Below are positions 26,040 through 26,981 of a stretch of DNA of 26,981 bases, piece by piece. Numbering within the stretch: the stretch's first letter is position 1; every line of letters starts with the position of its first letter. The stretch lies in contig JBGGMJ010000198.1 of the NCBI GenBank assembly GCA_041288095.1, forward strand, positions 1 through 26,981. Reading direction: 5' to 3'. The translations under genes and the position numbers were made by a program. Source of the stretch: Myxococcota bacterium (lineage in GTDB: Bacteria; Myxococcota; XYA12-FULL-58-9; JALHOP01). The notes under the pieces were generated by a model. The model saw only the letters and a program-made list of their open reading frames with translations, ran no database searches and was not told where the DNA came from.

Positions 26040-26980
26040 TACTCGCGGCTCCTGTCTGGGCCACGACCCAGGATGGTGTCGAGAACGTCCTCGAGCTCGG
26101 CGCGCGAGGTGAGGCGCTTCCAGCCGCCGAACTGGAGGTAGACGGTGTTGTTCGGGAAGCGGGCGTTGAAGTCGACCGCGCCTCGGAGGCCGAGGGTGGG
26201 GATGACCATGTTCGCCGGCAGCGCCTCGTGGTCGGCGTTCTCTTTCCAACCCGGCGCCGTGTGGCAGCAACGCGCGAAGCCAAAACCAAGCGCTGAGACC
26301 GCCTCGATGCGCTCCACCAGTTTGTCGCGTTCGTCGGGACTGAGCCCCCTGATCTCCTCGAGCTTGCGGGTGGCGGCGTGGGCGAGCTCTTCGGCCTCCC
26401 GCGCCGACTTGTGGGCGGCCTCTTCGGCCTCGCGCGCGGATTTGTCGGCGGCGGCTTTGATGCTCGCGTGACGCTCGCTGGCTGTCTTCTCCAGCGGACG
26501 ACGTTCCGCGTCCATGGCGCGGAGCTCGACGACGATGCGGGTGAACTCGCGCCGGCTGTGACCGAAGGTCGTCGCCGTCGCGCCAGAGGCCGCGGCGACA
26601 TCGAGGCGATGCTTGCGCCCGCTGAGCGAGGCGACGAGAGAGGCGCGGAGCACGTCTGGCGCGGTGAATACGTCGCTGGCTTGCGGCAGCGTTACGAGCC
26701 ACGCCGCGTTGTTCAGATTCGCGTGGACGTAGGTGAGCTGATTGCGCAGGCTATTGAGCTGCCCGCAAGCCCGGAGCACGTCCGGCCAATACGGCTCATC
26801 GGTCGCCTTGGGCGTGGCCGCATTGGAGCTCCAGACCTTCCACCAGGGCGCGGTCTGCTGCGCGTTCACCGGCGCCAAGGCGCGCGACGCGCTTTCCGGC
26901 AGGGGCTCGAGCTCGGGGATGTCGTCCGCGGGCCGCGGCGAGGCGCCGGGCAGGGGAGCAGAGGAGGCCGCGACGGGTCG
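26039..26980 (-). CDS. Hypothetical protein (5'-truncated by window edge), paralog of the downstream gene
   Basis: Frame is open to the window end (RPVAASSAPLPGASPRPADDIPELEPLPESASRALAPV...); coiled-coil middle; C-terminus ELEDVLDTILGRGP. Confidence 0.75.
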   Translation of the reverse strand, partial: RPVAASSAPLPGASPRPADDIPELEPLPESASRALAPVNAQQTAPWWKVWSSNAATPKATDEPYWPDVLRACGQLNSLRNQLTYVHANLNNAAWLVTLPQASDVFTAPDVLRASLVASLSGRKHRLDVAAASGATATTFGHSRREFTRIVVELRAMDAERRPLEKTASERHASIKAAADKSAREAEEAAHKSAREAEELAHAATRKLEEIRGLSPDERDKLVERIEAVSALGFGFARCCHTAPGWKENADHEALPANMVIPTLGLRGAVDFNARFPNNTVYLQFGGWKRLTSRAELEDVLDTILGRGPDRSRE

Positions 26981-26981
26981 A

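Noticed and set aside
1852..26601. Long alternative-frame or antisense ORFs (e.g. 1852-3210 -, 5263-6831 +, 11820-13412 -, 22169-23563 -, 22969-23985 +, 25102-26601 -)
   Set aside because: They shadow well-supported genes, have Arg/Pro/Gly-rich composition with no motifs, and are expected in high-GC DNA.
26040..26702. N-terminal extension making the 25146 ORF 518 aa long
   Set aside because: It overlaps the upstream paralog out of frame; the TAATG coupling, SD and paralog alignment support a start at 26039.

Overview
GC-rich bacterial chromosomal window with about 22 CDS and one tRNA-Glu(CTC). The codon style and gene content suggest Myxococcota/deltaproteobacteria; this is inferred, not proven. 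Housekeeping and envelope genes are ffh, an MlaD/MCE protein, a MaoC/Had-like dehydratase pair, a LysM protein, an OmpA/MotB-like lipoprotein, a PLP aminotransferase and PldA. They are interspersed with hydrolases: GH13, carboxylesterase, patatin, M20 peptidase, an MltB-like lytic transglycosylase and a GH37 trehalase. No integrase, transposase or CRISPR array was seen. Main signal: four scattered transcription units share a FliA/WhiG (sigma28)-like promoter motif, GCAA-N15/16-G[GC]CGA[TG]A. These are the GH13, the M20 peptidase, the MltB-like gene plus a transglutaminase-like gene, and an orphan helical protein. None of these proteins has a Sec or lipoprotein signal, and several have disordered N-terminal extensions. 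This may be an undescribed sigma28-controlled set of non-Sec (type III-like) exported effectors, possibly predatory. Second signal: the tRNA-Glu trailer has a direct/inverted/direct arrangement, with an inverted tRNA fragment lacking the anticodon and a 36-nt copy of the 3' end.
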